DNA of 50,720 nucleotides, from assembly GCA_045627685.1 (NCBI GenBank), contig JAZQOD010000209.1, positions 1 through 50,720 of the forward strand, given 5' to 3'. This stretch comes from Prevotella sp. Its GTDB lineage: Bacteria; Bacteroidota; Bacteroidia; Bacteroidales; Bacteroidaceae. Below the pieces are notes generated by a model. It did no database searches, had not been told where the DNA came from, and worked only from the letters and a program-made list of their open reading frames with translations. The position numbers were made by a program, and so were the translations under genes. How positions within the stretch are numbered: the stretch's first letter is position 1; each line of letters begins with the position of its first letter. Shown here in pieces: positions 8,515-18,704 of the stretch.

Positions 8515-11500
8515 TTATTTCACAATGACTTTCTTGCCATTGGCAATGTAGATGCCTGAGTGATTTGCATTCTCGACAATTCGGCCCTGGACATCATATA
8601 CACGACCAGAAGCGGCATCCTGCTCTACGGCAGAAATGCCATTTGAGATTGTGCCCTCGACATAATGTGCCTCGTTGAGAGTCTGAGCGAGATTGACAAT
8701 ACCGTCAGTCTTGATTGCATCAGAGAGCGGCGAATAGATGTCGAGACTCGATTTCATCATCTTTCCTGTGCAGTGGTCATTGATTTCAAGAGCATTCATT
8801 GCCGAGCGCCAGAAGGTAAGTTCCGAGAACTGACGATGGAGAGCCTTCTCAGGATCACCAATGGTGAACTCGGTAGGTGTCACACCTTCCCTAACCTCAC
8901 CTACGAGGGTGTGGTTGACATATACCAATGTGCGCTTCTGGGCGTAGTAACTGGTGAGGGTGATGTCGTACCAAGTGTCGTCGCTGGTGATAAGGGGGTG
9001 TGATGAAGTGATGACATCCTTTGTTGTTGCCTCATATTCCACATAGCCACCGTCGAGGATGCGCACAGTGCCCTTCTTTGAAGAACCGCTGGCAAAGGCG
9101 ATGACCTGACCAGCCTCACTACCATTGACACGCACTGTCACTGTATAAGGGTTGACATTTGTCTCGCCCTTGAAGGTGATGACAGAACCGTTCTCGAGGG
9201 TTGTGGACTGACTCATATCGCGTACCGGCTGTGGCTTTCCGTTTTCAAGAGCATCGAAAAGCGATGGAGGAATAGCACGGAAGAACTGCGAATGACCGGA
9301 TGTCGTAGGATGTGCATTGTCGGCCATATAACCATCAGCCCACTTGCCCTCACCATTGTCGATAGCACCGAGGGTGTTGACAGAAGCTACATCCCACTGA
9401 TGGATGAGTCGGTTCATGTTCTTGATGTAGTTGTAGTCGGTACTGTTGTAGTCGCCACGGGTGTAGTTGTTCATCACAACAACAGTCTTGCCGTCCTGCT
9501 TCATCTTGTCAATGAGAAGAAGCATATTGTCGCGGAACTGGTTGTAGATGGCATCAGGATTGCTTGCGCCATGAATGCCCTCGTTACCCATAGAGAGACC
9601 GATGATGACATACTTACCAAAATCATGAATCATCTCGTCATAGCGGTAGAGAAGGTCGTTGGTGGTGTTGCCGCCGATTGACACTCCACTGACATAGAAC
9701 GGATATTCCGACTGGTTGCGCTTTGAGCGTGTCTCGCACTGCTGACCATAGAGATAAGCATATCCCTTGTTGCCGTCAGCACCCTGACCATTGCACACTG
9801 ACGAACCGAAAGCCGAAATCTTATACTCATCGATTGGTGCATCGACATTCCATTCGTAGTTGTTCATATCGAGAGTCATGGTGTATGTGCCACGGTTGAT
9901 GCGGATATTCTCGCCAGAGAAACCTTCCGACGGCATACCCACTGCTGTGCGTGAACCAGTGAGACGCTTTACAGTGAGGTTTTCGTCGTTGTTGAAAGCA
10001 AAGTAGAAATACTTGTCGGAGAAAAGGAACACCGTACCATTATTCATATCTACCTCCTGTTCGAACACTCCGTCGCCCTTGTATGCCACCTTTGTTCCAC
10101 CAGCCACGATGTTTCCACGCAGATACAATTCAACAGGGGTTATGGTGAGTGTGGCATTGCGTGCGTCATAACGGATTCGTGCCACCTGCTCTTCGGTGAT
10201 GGTGAGAGCCTCGCCGTCCTTCACAAGATTGCCCTCAGCATCGAAACCCAGGGTGATGGTCTCGCCCTGGAAAGTTCCGGCAAGAGAGAGGGTTCCAGGC
10301 TGGAGACACTGATAGACCTCATAGACACCGTTCGACTGACCACCAGGTTTGAGTTCGTTCATAGCCACCTCTACGCCATGTTCAGTAGCATTGCCGACAA
10401 GCATTGGATTTGTGAGAGCCAGAGGATCCTCTGGACGCACTCCACCTTCATATTCCTCAACACGGATGATGTTGAAATGAGCAAAGCCCGAGGCAGGCGT
10501 CTGTGTGCGGTTCACTGTGAATGTGATGACACCGTCAGCATCAGGGTAGAGATAGTCGGACTCAGCAATGTTGCGCACATTGCCGTGATAGTTTGAACCG
10601 CCACAGTACTGTCCCGATGTTGCCACACCAGTGAAGAACGACTTCTGGCCTGCAAACCGGTACTCCGAGAAACGGCGGTCGCCCTCGTTGGTAGAGCGTG
10701 AGCCGAACACCGAGAAACGATAGCATTTATCGGTGTCAAGGCCAGAGAATGTGAGGGTGTATTTATTGTTATTGTCAATCCAGATATAGTCCTCAGTGGC
10801 TGTCTGGATGGCGAGTTCACCAAGATTCTCGTCGGTAGGATTGTTCAGACCACCGTTGGTGACACCATTGGTGTACATAGTAGCCGAACTGGTCATCTTG
10901 ATTCTTGTGCGAGTCTTGTCAGTGTTGATGAGGGTTATGGTCTTTGCCGGTATCTCATTGCTGCTGGCCTGACCTGACGAGAAGTTGTTCCAGTAGTTGC
11001 CGTTCTTGTCGGCACCTGCTGTCTGATGACCGCGGGAATCGTTGGCAGTTTCTCCGAAATCGATGAAGAACTTCTGCGACAGTGATAGTTCCTTGTAAGG
11101 ACGCTCCAAGCCCGATAGTTCCTCGACCTTCATACAGTTCAGATAAATCATTCCATCCTTATAGCGCTTGTTGAACACCATTGTGATAGTGCCCTGACGC
11201 GTAGGGAATATCGGGTCAGTAACCATCGGTTTGTTGTTGTTTCCGTCATAACCGTTGGCACCAATGCCCGGACCAGACATCTGCATATAGTCGCTCCACG
11301 AGTTTTCGCCGTGGAACTCGAAGGTGCCACCACGTACCTCGGCTACAACGCGAGAACCGAGACAAGTGAAACGATAGGCTTTATCAGGATCGAGACCTAC
11401 AAAGCGTATGGCATTATAGTCCTGAGTGGTCTCGACATGCATATAATCCTGTGTGGCTGTAGCGACAGCAAGATCACCGAGATGAGTCTTCGAAGGATTC

Positions 11501-11799
11501 TGTAAGCCACCACCACCCGACATGCCGTTGGTATGGAAATATGTCAGGACTTGCAGTTTATAGGCTGTCTCCTGATTATCGCTATTTACCAGTGTCCAGT
11601 CGGTTGGATAGAGTCTTTCCGAAGGAGAAGAATACACATTGGTCCAATAATGACCATTGGCATCAGCCCCTGTCGTGAGGTTACCGCGGGAAGAGACATT
11701 CTTCTCACCGAAATCGATGTAAAAAGTCTGATCCACATTTTGGGCAAAAGCGGCAAATCCATAAAGGACTGCCGCTATTGAGATTAATATTCTGTGCAT
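8515..11799 (-). CDS. Secreted multidomain SGNH/GDSL hydrolase (two tandem N-terminal domains, SGNH, LamG-like domain, T9SS-like CTD)
   Basis: Signal peptide; SGNH blocks FGSSV / IGGNT / MGNE / DNAHP; C-terminal VYDVQGR...GIYIANGKKVIVK typical of Prevotella T9SS cargo. Confidence 0.8.
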   Translation of the reverse strand: MHRILISIAAVLYGFAAFAQNVDQTFYIDFGEKNVSSRGNLTTGADANGHYWTNVYSSPSERLYPTDWTLVNSDNQETAYKLQVLTYFHTNGMSGGGGLQNPSKTHLGDLAVATATQDYMHVETTQDYNAIRFVGLDPDKAYRFTCLGSRVVAEVRGGTFEFHGENSWSDYMQMSGPGIGANGYDGNNNKPMVTDPIFPTRQGTITMVFNKRYKDGMIYLNCMKVEELSGLERPYKELSLSQKFFIDFGETANDSRGHQTAGADKNGNYWNNFSSGQASSNEIPAKTITLINTDKTRTRIKMTSSATMYTNGVTNGGLNNPTDENLGELAIQTATEDYIWIDNNNKYTLTFSGLDTDKCYRFSVFGSRSTNEGDRRFSEYRFAGQKSFFTGVATSGQYCGGSNYHGNVRNIAESDYLYPDADGVITFTVNRTQTPASGFAHFNIIRVEEYEGGVRPEDPLALTNPMLVGNATEHGVEVAMNELKPGGQSNGVYEVYQCLQPGTLSLAGTFQGETITLGFDAEGNLVKDGEALTITEEQVARIRYDARNATLTITPVELYLRGNIVAGGTKVAYKGDGVFEQEVDMNNGTVFLFSDKYFYFAFNNDENLTVKRLTGSRTAVGMPSEGFSGENIRINRGTYTMTLDMNNYEWNVDAPIDEYKISAFGSSVCNGQGADGNKGYAYLYGQQCETRSKRNQSEYPFYVSGVSIGGNTTNDLLYRYDEMIHDFGKYVIIGLSMGNEGIHGASNPDAIYNQFRDNMLLLIDKMKQDGKTVVVMNNYTRGDYNSTDYNYIKNMNRLIHQWDVASVNTLGAIDNGEGKWADGYMADNAHPTTSGHSQFFRAIPPSLFDALENGKPQPVRDMSQSTTLENGSVITFKGETNVNPYTVTVRVNGSEAGQVIAFASGSSKKGTVRILDGGYVEYEATTKDVITSSHPLITSDDTWYDITLTSYYAQKRTLVYVNHTLVGEVREGVTPTEFTIGDPEKALHRQFSELTFWRSAMNALEINDHCTGKMMKSSLDIYSPLSDAIKTDGIVNLAQTLNEAHYVEGTISNGISAVEQDAASGRVYDVQGRIVENANHSGIYIANGKKVIVK

Positions 11800-11819
11800 G
11801 TGAATAAGAAGAGAATGCT

Positions 11820-12941
11820 TTATTTACCGATTGTTGGGCCTTCAACGGTGAGGACACCGTCAGTGACATTGAGTTTGTCCATCATTACAACACGGTTCTC
11901 TGGATCATCTGTGGTGTAAGCGTGGTAAACGATATAACGCTGACCGTCGATGGTGATAACCATATTATGACCTGTACCTGTCACTGTGCCACCCTGATCA
12001 ACATTCTTCTGGAGAACTGGGTTGTTAGCAGCCTTCTCGAAAGGACCGAGAGGATTCTTTGCTGTTGCATAGCCCACTGCATAGTGAGGACCTTTGTAGA
12101 AGTTAGCGCTATACATAATATAATATGTGTCGCCGTCCTTGAAGATGAATGAGCCCTCAGTCCAGCGGCGGTTCACCTCGCCTGATGTCACACTGCGGCT
12201 CTCCCACTCTGCCTGTGCATCGTCCATCTTTGTTGGAGGACAAAGCAACAGTTGTGGTTCACCGATAACACCCGAGAAGTCAGGCTTCAACTCAACACCG
12301 TAAACCCAACTCTCCTGGATCTCGTCTTTCAGACCTTCAACAGTCTCGTACTGCTTGTCTTCCTCCTTCATCTTTGCAGCAACCTCACTCTCAACAGCGT
12401 GCTTGTAGCAGCAACGAGAGAAATAGAGATAGCACTTGCCTGCTTCATCGTCGAAGTAAACATCAGCATCGATGATTGGGTACTCAGGCTGGAAGATTGG
12501 ATGGTTGAAGAGATCAACGAAAGGACCTGTTGGCGAATCGCTGACTGCTACACCGATATTGAATGTCTCGAGGTCGTTGTTCACATTGAGTGAGTCGCAG
12601 AGGTTGGCTGAGAAGAAGATATAATACTTGCCGTTGCGCTCATATACCTCTGGTGCCCAGAAGCAGTCTTTGTTCCACTGACCTGGCTGACCACCCTTAT
12701 ATACCTGACCGCCTGACTCCCATGTCTGGAGGTCTTCAGAAACATAAACCTCAAAACCATCGCCGAGGGATGTTCCATAGAGATAGTACTTACCATCGGA
12801 AGCGTGGAGAAGGAATGGATCACCATACTTCACAGGGATAGGATTGTTCAATACTACTGTCTGCTCTGCAACCTGCTGCTTACAACCGATAAGCGCCAAC
12901 ACAAAGCACACAACGATAATAGATAATGATTTGATTTTCAT
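11820..12941 (-). CDS. Glycoside hydrolase family 43 lipoprotein
   Basis: Lipobox LIGC; GDPF, WAPEV, IDADVYFDD, TEGS, GTGHN five-bladed propeller motifs. Confidence 0.9.
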   Translation of the reverse strand: MKIKSLSIIVVCFVLALIGCKQQVAEQTVVLNNPIPVKYGDPFLLHASDGKYYLYGTSLGDGFEVYVSEDLQTWESGGQVYKGGQPGQWNKDCFWAPEVYERNGKYYIFFSANLCDSLNVNNDLETFNIGVAVSDSPTGPFVDLFNHPIFQPEYPIIDADVYFDDEAGKCYLYFSRCCYKHAVESEVAAKMKEEDKQYETVEGLKDEIQESWVYGVELKPDFSGVIGEPQLLLCPPTKMDDAQAEWESRSVTSGEVNRRWTEGSFIFKDGDTYYIMYSANFYKGPHYAVGYATAKNPLGPFEKAANNPVLQKNVDQGGTVTGTGHNMVITIDGQRYIVYHAYTTDDPENRVVMMDKLNVTDGVLTVEGPTIGK

Positions 12942-12985
12942 AATGTTATAGGTTTTTGATTATTGTTTTAATACAAGTATGATTG

Positions 12986-13087
12986 ATAAGCGTTACGTTC
13001 TTTCTACGCAATCAACTATAAGCGTTACGTTACGCGTTACAGTAGGTTGCTACGAAAGCGGCAGAGCCGAGCGACACGTTACAGTAG
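12986..13087. repeat. CGTTA-rich repeat element with a conserved AAGCGGCAGAGCCGAGC core
   Basis: ATAAGCGTTACGTT twice (12986, 13018); CGTTACAGTAG direct repeat (13035, 13077) flanks a core whose 17-mer recurs exactly at 49780-49796. Confidence 0.8.
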
Positions 13088-13088
13088 A

Positions 13089-13766
13089 TTACTCCACCAC
13101 ATAAGCCTTGATGATACGAACATCCTCCAGAGGGCGGTCATTCTCATCGGTCTGTACCCACTGTATCTCTTTCACCACATTTATACCTTCGAGTACTTCG
13201 CCAAAGACGGTATATGCACCATCAAGATGTGGGACACCGCCCTTCTTCAGATAGCCCTCACGCACTTCTGCTGGGAACACCGTTCCGGTCTTTTCGGTAG
13301 TCTTCTCGAGGTATTTATCGAGTTGTTCCTCAGTCATTCGCTTGCCATAGGTGATGTAGAACTGGTATGCTGACGAGGCACGTTCTGGGTTCTCCTCATC
13401 TCCCTCGCGGGCAGCAGCAAGCACACCACGCTTATGGAAATGCTCCGGGAAACGAATCTCGGCAGGTACAGTATAACTCTCTGGCGTTTCGCCAAGCAAC
13501 TGTCCCGGTTCTGCATGACGGCTGGCAGAGTCGCCGGCCTGAATCATAAAGCCTTCGATAACACGGTGGAACAGGATGCCGTCATAATACCCCTCACGCA
13601 CATTCTTCACGAAATTATCGCGATGAAGCGGGGTGTCGTCATAGAGTTGAAGACGGATATCGCCCATGGTAGTTTCAAGCACCACCTCGTAATGCTTGGC
13701 ATCGACCTGGGCAAATAATGCCCAAGGCAACATTATCAATAGAGTGAGAATAGTCCTTTTCATCAT
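13089..13766 (-). CDS. Exported cyclophilin-type peptidyl-prolyl cis-trans isomerase
   Basis: TPLHRDNF, FHRVIEGFMIQAGD, HKRGVLAAAR, QFYI, HLDGAYTVFGEV; signal peptide. Confidence 0.95.
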   Translation of the reverse strand: MMKRTILTLLIMLPWALFAQVDAKHYEVVLETTMGDIRLQLYDDTPLHRDNFVKNVREGYYDGILFHRVIEGFMIQAGDSASRHAEPGQLLGETPESYTVPAEIRFPEHFHKRGVLAAAREGDEENPERASSAYQFYITYGKRMTEEQLDKYLEKTTEKTGTVFPAEVREGYLKKGGVPHLDGAYTVFGEVLEGINVVKEIQWVQTDENDRPLEDVRIIKAYVVE

Positions 13767-13788
13767 TCTGCATTGTAATTTTCGTATG

Positions 13789-13909
13789 CAAAAATAACGA
13801 TTATTATTTAATTATTGTCCAAAAAGTATAGAAAATTAATAAAAATGTTCGTTTTTCCAGTTTCCGTTCACCAATTCTTTGGTAATATCGGCAAAAAAGA
13901 CTAATTTTG
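13789..13909. promoter_or_regulatory. Divergent Bacteroidota promoters (PPIase and the operon starting at 13959)
   Basis: TATTTTTG on the minus strand (13789-13796); TTTG (13878)-N20-TAATTTTG (13902-13909) on the plus strand. Confidence 0.65.
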
Positions 13910-13958
13910 CATAGTTGAATGCACATTATTTTATTAGAAATAGAAACAAGGATAATAT

Positions 13959-14831
13959 ATGAACAAGAAAGTTTTGATTCCATTAATTGCAGTCATTTTA
14001 CTTTTGATTGCTGGTGTTGCTTATCTCGGTAAAGGTCTCAGCGACCAGCGCAAGGTCAACGAGGAGATGCAGGAACTGGCCGAGATGGACAAGCAGGAAA
14101 TGGAGAATGAATATCAGCAGTTTGCTGAGCAGTACAGCGAGATGCGTGCACAGATCACCAACGACTCGCTCATTGCCCAACTCACTAATGAGCAACTCAA
14201 AACCGAGCAGTTGCTCAAGGAACTGAAAGAGGTGAAGAGCAGCAATGCCCGTGAGATTGCACGATTGAAGAAGGAACTGGCTACCTGTCGTGCGGTGATA
14301 CGCAGTTATGTCATTGAAATTGACTCACTCAACCGTCTCAACCAGAGTCTCGTGGCAGAGAACACACAGGTGAAGGCTCAGTATGAGGAGGCTAACCGCC
14401 AGATTGAGGGTTTGAACTCAGAGAAGGCAACACTCTCGGAGAAGGTGGCTATCGCTGCACAACTCGATGCTGTAGGTATCAATCTGTCGATGCTCGACAA
14501 GAAGGATAAGTCAACCAGCAAAGTCTCAAAGTGCAAGAAACTCCAACTCAACTTTGCCCTTGCAAAGAATGTCACTGCTGTGAGCGGCAACAAGACCGTC
14601 TATGCTCGCATACTCTCGCCTGCCGGTCAGTTACTCGGCGGTGCAGGTTCTTTCTCTTATGAGAACCGTAACCTCCAGTGCACTGCAAAGCGTAGTGTGG
14701 AATACGGCGGCAAGGAGACTCCTATCACAATGTACTGGGAGGTGAACCAAGCTCTCGAGGCTGGTAACTACCAGATCAGCATCTTTGCTGATGGCAATAT
14801 GATTGGTTCAAGAACAGTAAATCTGAAATAA
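13959..14831 (+). CDS. Membrane-anchored coiled-coil hypothetical protein with a C-terminal beta domain
   Basis: N-terminal TM helix, about 140 aa of heptad coiled coil, then a beta-rich domain ending GNYQISIFADGNMIG. Confidence 0.8.
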   Translation: MNKKVLIPLIAVILLLIAGVAYLGKGLSDQRKVNEEMQELAEMDKQEMENEYQQFAEQYSEMRAQITNDSLIAQLTNEQLKTEQLLKELKEVKSSNAREIARLKKELATCRAVIRSYVIEIDSLNRLNQSLVAENTQVKAQYEEANRQIEGLNSEKATLSEKVAIAAQLDAVGINLSMLDKKDKSTSKVSKCKKLQLNFALAKNVTAVSGNKTVYARILSPAGQLLGGAGSFSYENRNLQCTAKRSVEYGGKETPITMYWEVNQALEAGNYQISIFADGNMIGSRTVNLK

Positions 14832-14847
14832 AACAACATATATCGTA

Positions 14848-14868
14848 CCAGCCGATTCTGTCGGTTGG
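14848..14868. other. Intergenic hairpin
   Basis: CCAGCCGA-TTCTG-TCGGTTGG with no U-tract, between co-directional genes. Confidence 0.45.
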
Positions 14869-14881
14869 AACTTCTAAAAAT

Positions 14882-16363
14882 ATGCGCAAACTACTTTTGT
14901 TTTTTATTTATGCTTTATTGGCATTGCCTTCCGATGCTCAGACTCTGTCACTTGACAGTTGCTGTGCCATGGCTTTGCGCAACAACAAGCAATTGAATGC
15001 AGCCAAACTGAAACAGGAGGTGGCTGCAAATGCCCGCAAAGCAGTACGCACGCAATATCTCCCTAAGGTTGATGCCTTGGGCGGATATGAGTATATGAGC
15101 AAGGAAGTGTCAATCCTTAACAACGACCAGAAGACGGCTTTCGGCAACCTTGGTACAACAGCAGTGGGTGGGTTGTCATCAAGCATGAATCAGGCATTGA
15201 CCGGTCTTGCTCAAGCGGGACTTATTTCTCCACAGATAGCACAGGATCTGGGTACTATCATGAATACCCTCGGAACTCCTTTGGCTGAGGCGGGTAACCA
15301 ACTCGGACAGGGCATAAACGATGCGTTCAAGACCGACACGCACAACATCTGGGCAGGTTCGGTGATGGTGCGTCAACCGGTATTCATGGGCGGAGCAATC
15401 GTGGCAGCCAACAAGATGGCTGACATTGCCGAAGATATGGCTGCTACTGATACACAGAGCAAGATTGACAACACTATCTACAGCGTGAACGAGACCTACT
15501 GGCTTGTTGTCTCACTCAAACAGAAGAAGAGACTTGCTGAAAGTTATCGTGACCTCGTTGTGAAACTCGATGATGATGTAAAGAAACTCATACAAGAGGG
15601 ATTCGCCACCCGTGCTGACGGACTGAAGGTTGATGTGAAGGTGAATGAGGCAGATATGGCTCTGACAAAGGTTGACAACGGTTTGACTCTTGCGAAGATG
15701 CTTCTTTGCCAGATTTGTGGATTACCTATCGACTCCCCTATCACTCTTGCCGACGAGGACAACACATCGCTTAATGTCATTGACAACAGCATGACGATAA
15801 GCGACAATTCCGCAATGGAAAACCGCACCGAACTGAAACTGCTTGAAAACGCCGTAGAACTCTCACGTCAGTCAACCAACCTCATTCGTGCGGCTTATCT
15901 GCCACATGTGGCTTTGACAGGCGGTTACCTCATCTCCAACCCGAATGTATTCAACGGATTCCAGAATAAGTTCGCTGGAGTATGGAATGTAGGCGTGGCT
16001 GTTCAGGTGCCAGTATGGAATTGGGGTGAAGGAATGTACAAGGTTCGTGCGAGCAAAGCGGCAACAGCAATAGCCAATCTCGAACTCGCCGATGCTCAGG
16101 AGAAGATAAACCTTCAGGTGGCACAGTGTCGCTTCAAGGTGAGCGAGGCACAGAAGTTGCTCAGCACCGCAATTAAAAACCTTTCCAATGCTGAGGAGAA
16201 CCTCCGTTGTGCCAATGTTGGTTTCCGTGAGGGTGTGATGGAATCAACCGAAGTTATGGCAGCACAGACTGCATGGCAGGCAGCCCACACTCAGAAAATC
16301 GATGCGGAGATTGATGTCATCCTCTCACAGTTGAGCCTAAAGAAAGCATTAGGAATCCTCTAA
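14882..16363 (+). CDS. TolC-family outer membrane efflux protein
   Basis: Signal peptide and two OEP repeats (YLPKVDALGGY, QPVFMGG; YLPHVALTGGY, VPVWNWG). Confidence 0.92.
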   Translation: MRKLLLFFIYALLALPSDAQTLSLDSCCAMALRNNKQLNAAKLKQEVAANARKAVRTQYLPKVDALGGYEYMSKEVSILNNDQKTAFGNLGTTAVGGLSSSMNQALTGLAQAGLISPQIAQDLGTIMNTLGTPLAEAGNQLGQGINDAFKTDTHNIWAGSVMVRQPVFMGGAIVAANKMADIAEDMAATDTQSKIDNTIYSVNETYWLVVSLKQKKRLAESYRDLVVKLDDDVKKLIQEGFATRADGLKVDVKVNEADMALTKVDNGLTLAKMLLCQICGLPIDSPITLADEDNTSLNVIDNSMTISDNSAMENRTELKLLENAVELSRQSTNLIRAAYLPHVALTGGYLISNPNVFNGFQNKFAGVWNVGVAVQVPVWNWGEGMYKVRASKAATAIANLELADAQEKINLQVAQCRFKVSEAQKLLSTAIKNLSNAEENLRCANVGFREGVMESTEVMAAQTAWQAAHTQKIDAEIDVILSQLSLKKALGIL

Positions 16364-16395
16364 AGCCTCTCCTAACCTCCCCTAGGGAAGGAACT
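16364..16395 (+). repeat. C-rich/G-rich REP-like palindrome directly after the tolC-family stop
   Basis: AGCCTCTCCTAACCTCCCC-TAGGGAAGGA, similar to copies at 18622, 47494-47528 (minus) and 50621. Confidence 0.7.
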
Positions 16396-16466
16396 AGAAA
16401 AGTGAGGAGCTTAGGTACCTAAAATAAATTACAAATCAACAAATCACAAAATCTTATATTGTCATT

Positions 16467-17450
16467 ATGTCAGACAAGAAACAACATAACAACATCCTGC
16501 TGGCCGTGTTAGGCCTGATAGCAACAGTAATAATAGTAGGTATTATCGGTATGTTCACCATCGGCAACGATGAACCGACAATACAAGGTCAAATTGAAGT
16601 TGAGGAGTTCCGTGTGTCGAGCAAACTCCCTGGTCGTGTTCTTGAGATTCGTGTCAAGGAGGGCGACTTCGTTCATGCAGGCGACACCCTCGTCATCCTC
16701 GAGGTGCCAGAGGCAAATGCCCAGCAGAAGGTGGCAGAGGCTACCGAGAGTGCAGCAGATGCTATGAGCAGTCTTGCAGCGAGCGGTGCCCGTCAGGAGA
16801 CTATCCAGTCGGCATACCAGATGTATCAGGCAGCGCAGGCGGCTGCTGATGTGGCGAAAGCAACCTACGAGCGTGTGCAGCGCCTGTTTGACGAAGGCGT
16901 AGTGTCAGCACAGAAGCGCGATGAGGCAATGGCAGCGTTCAAGGCAACCGAAGCACAGGTGAATGCCGCAAAGAGCCAGTACGAGATGGCAAAGAACGGT
17001 TTGCGTTCACAGGAGAAACTCGCTGCGAAGAAACAGGCAGAAGCGGCAGCCGGAGCCGTTGAACTGATTAGTTCGATGATACGAGAAACAGTACAGGTGG
17101 CTGCTGTCGATGGTGAAGTAAGTGAGATATTCCCGAAGGTGGGCGAACTCGTAGGTTTGGGATCGCCTATCATGAACATCTCCATTATGGACGATGTGTG
17201 GGGCACTTTCAATATCCGTGAGGACCAACTCGAGGGAATGAAGGTTGGCGACACATTCAAAGCATTCCTGCCAGCATTCCAGAAAGAGATAGAGTTGAAG
17301 GTGACCAATGTGAAGGACCAGGGCTCGTACGCTGCGTGGAAAGCAACGAAAACCAATGGACAATACGATCTGAAGACTTTCGAGGTGAAGGCAAAGCCTA
17401 CAACACCATTCGAAGGTCTGCGTCCAGGAATGACTCTCGTTAAGAAGTAA
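16467..17450 (+). CDS. HlyD-family periplasmic adaptor (YbhG-like)
   Basis: N-terminal TM helix, lipoyl half-motifs SKLPGRV..VKEGDFV and VDGEV...GELV, alpha hairpin, YDLKTFEVK, LRPGM. Confidence 0.92.
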   Translation: MSDKKQHNNILLAVLGLIATVIIVGIIGMFTIGNDEPTIQGQIEVEEFRVSSKLPGRVLEIRVKEGDFVHAGDTLVILEVPEANAQQKVAEATESAADAMSSLAASGARQETIQSAYQMYQAAQAAADVAKATYERVQRLFDEGVVSAQKRDEAMAAFKATEAQVNAAKSQYEMAKNGLRSQEKLAAKKQAEAAAGAVELISSMIRETVQVAAVDGEVSEIFPKVGELVGLGSPIMNISIMDDVWGTFNIREDQLEGMKVGDTFKAFLPAFQKEIELKVTNVKDQGSYAAWKATKTNGQYDLKTFEVKAKPTTPFEGLRPGMTLVKK

Positions 17451-18619
17451 TGCAAGCAATAAGACGGATATTTCATATTGCGGAGCGTGAGTGCCGCATA
17501 ATGTTCAGCAACCCTATCTTCCTTTTCTGTATGGTGTTGCTGCCAATCTTTGTGGTGGTGTTCTTTACTACATTGATGGACAGCGGACAACCGACGGAAC
17601 TACCTGTGGGCATTGTCGATCAGGACAACACCTCAACGACACGCAAACTCACCCGTATGCTCGATAGTTTCCAGACATCGCGCGTGGTGGGTCATTATGC
17701 CAATATGAACGAGGCGCGCGAGGCTGTGCAACGTGGCGAGATTTACGCTTTCCTGCTCTTCCCGAAGGGTACCACAGAAGGAATGATGAACGGCACACAG
17801 CCAAAGGTATCGTTCTATTATAACGGTACTGTGATGCTGGCGGGAAGCACCACCTTCCGAGACCTCAAGACAGTAGTGACACTCGGCAGCGCCGGTGTCG
17901 GTTCTGCAAAACTGTCGGCAGTGGGTAAGACATCCCACGAGATAAAAGCATTCCTCCAACCTGTAGCCATCGACCTGCACATGATTGGCAACCCATGGGC
18001 AAACTACAATGTGTACCTCTCTACGACGATGGTTCCTGGACTACTCATGCTGTTCATCTTTCTCATCACACCTTATTCCATAGGTACCGAACTGAAATTC
18101 GGTAGGGCTCACGACTGGTTCTACCTTGCAGGCAACAATCCCGTCATTGCCCTTTTAGGAAAGATGATACCGCAGACGCTCGTTTACCTCTGTATCTTCC
18201 TCGGCTTTGAGTTCTACATCTATCATGTTCTCGGTTTCCCACATCCTGGTGGAGTCATACCAATCATTGGTCTCGGCACCCTCGCAGTACTCTCGGCACA
18301 GTGTTTCGGCATCTTCGCCTTCGGCATAATGCCTTCATTGCGAATGTCGATGTCAGTATGTTCACTCTGGGCGATGGTCAGTTTCAGTCTCTCTGGCGCC
18401 ACATACCCAGTATTCGCCATGCACCCATTCATCCAAGGGGCATCGTGGCTTTTCCCACTGCGTCATTATTATATGATATATAAGATAAACATCTTCAACG
18501 CCTACCCTATCGACTATGCGTGGATATACTGGCTGGCAATGTCGATGTTCCTCTTCCTGCCGTTCCTGGTGCTGCGCAACATACGCCGCGCCATGCTGGA
18601 ATATAAATACATCCCATAA
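17450..18619 (+). CDS. ABC-2 type permease (YbhS/YhhJ-like)
   Basis: TM1, PVGIVDQDNT periplasmic domain, NPWANY, five C-terminal TM helices, LFPLRHY; TAATG coupling with the adaptor gene. Confidence 0.9.
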   Translation: MQAIRRIFHIAERECRIMFSNPIFLFCMVLLPIFVVVFFTTLMDSGQPTELPVGIVDQDNTSTTRKLTRMLDSFQTSRVVGHYANMNEAREAVQRGEIYAFLLFPKGTTEGMMNGTQPKVSFYYNGTVMLAGSTTFRDLKTVVTLGSAGVGSAKLSAVGKTSHEIKAFLQPVAIDLHMIGNPWANYNVYLSTTMVPGLLMLFIFLITPYSIGTELKFGRAHDWFYLAGNNPVIALLGKMIPQTLVYLCIFLGFEFYIYHVLGFPHPGGVIPIIGLGTLAVLSAQCFGIFAFGIMPSLRMSMSVCSLWAMVSFSLSGATYPVFAMHPFIQGASWLFPLRHYYMIYKINIFNAYPIDYAWIYWLAMSMFLFLPFLVLRNIRRAMLEYKYIP

Positions 18620-18657
18620 GGAAGCCCCACCCCGACTCTCCCCGAAGGAGAGGGAGA
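18620..18657 (+). repeat. REP-like palindrome after the first permease stop
   Basis: GGAAGCCCCACCCCGA-CTCTCC-CCGAA-GGAGAG-GGAG. Confidence 0.75.
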
Positions 18658-18704
18658 TGGAGGAATGATTAGTGAATAATTATTCGCGTTAAAAGGAAAG
18701 AAAA

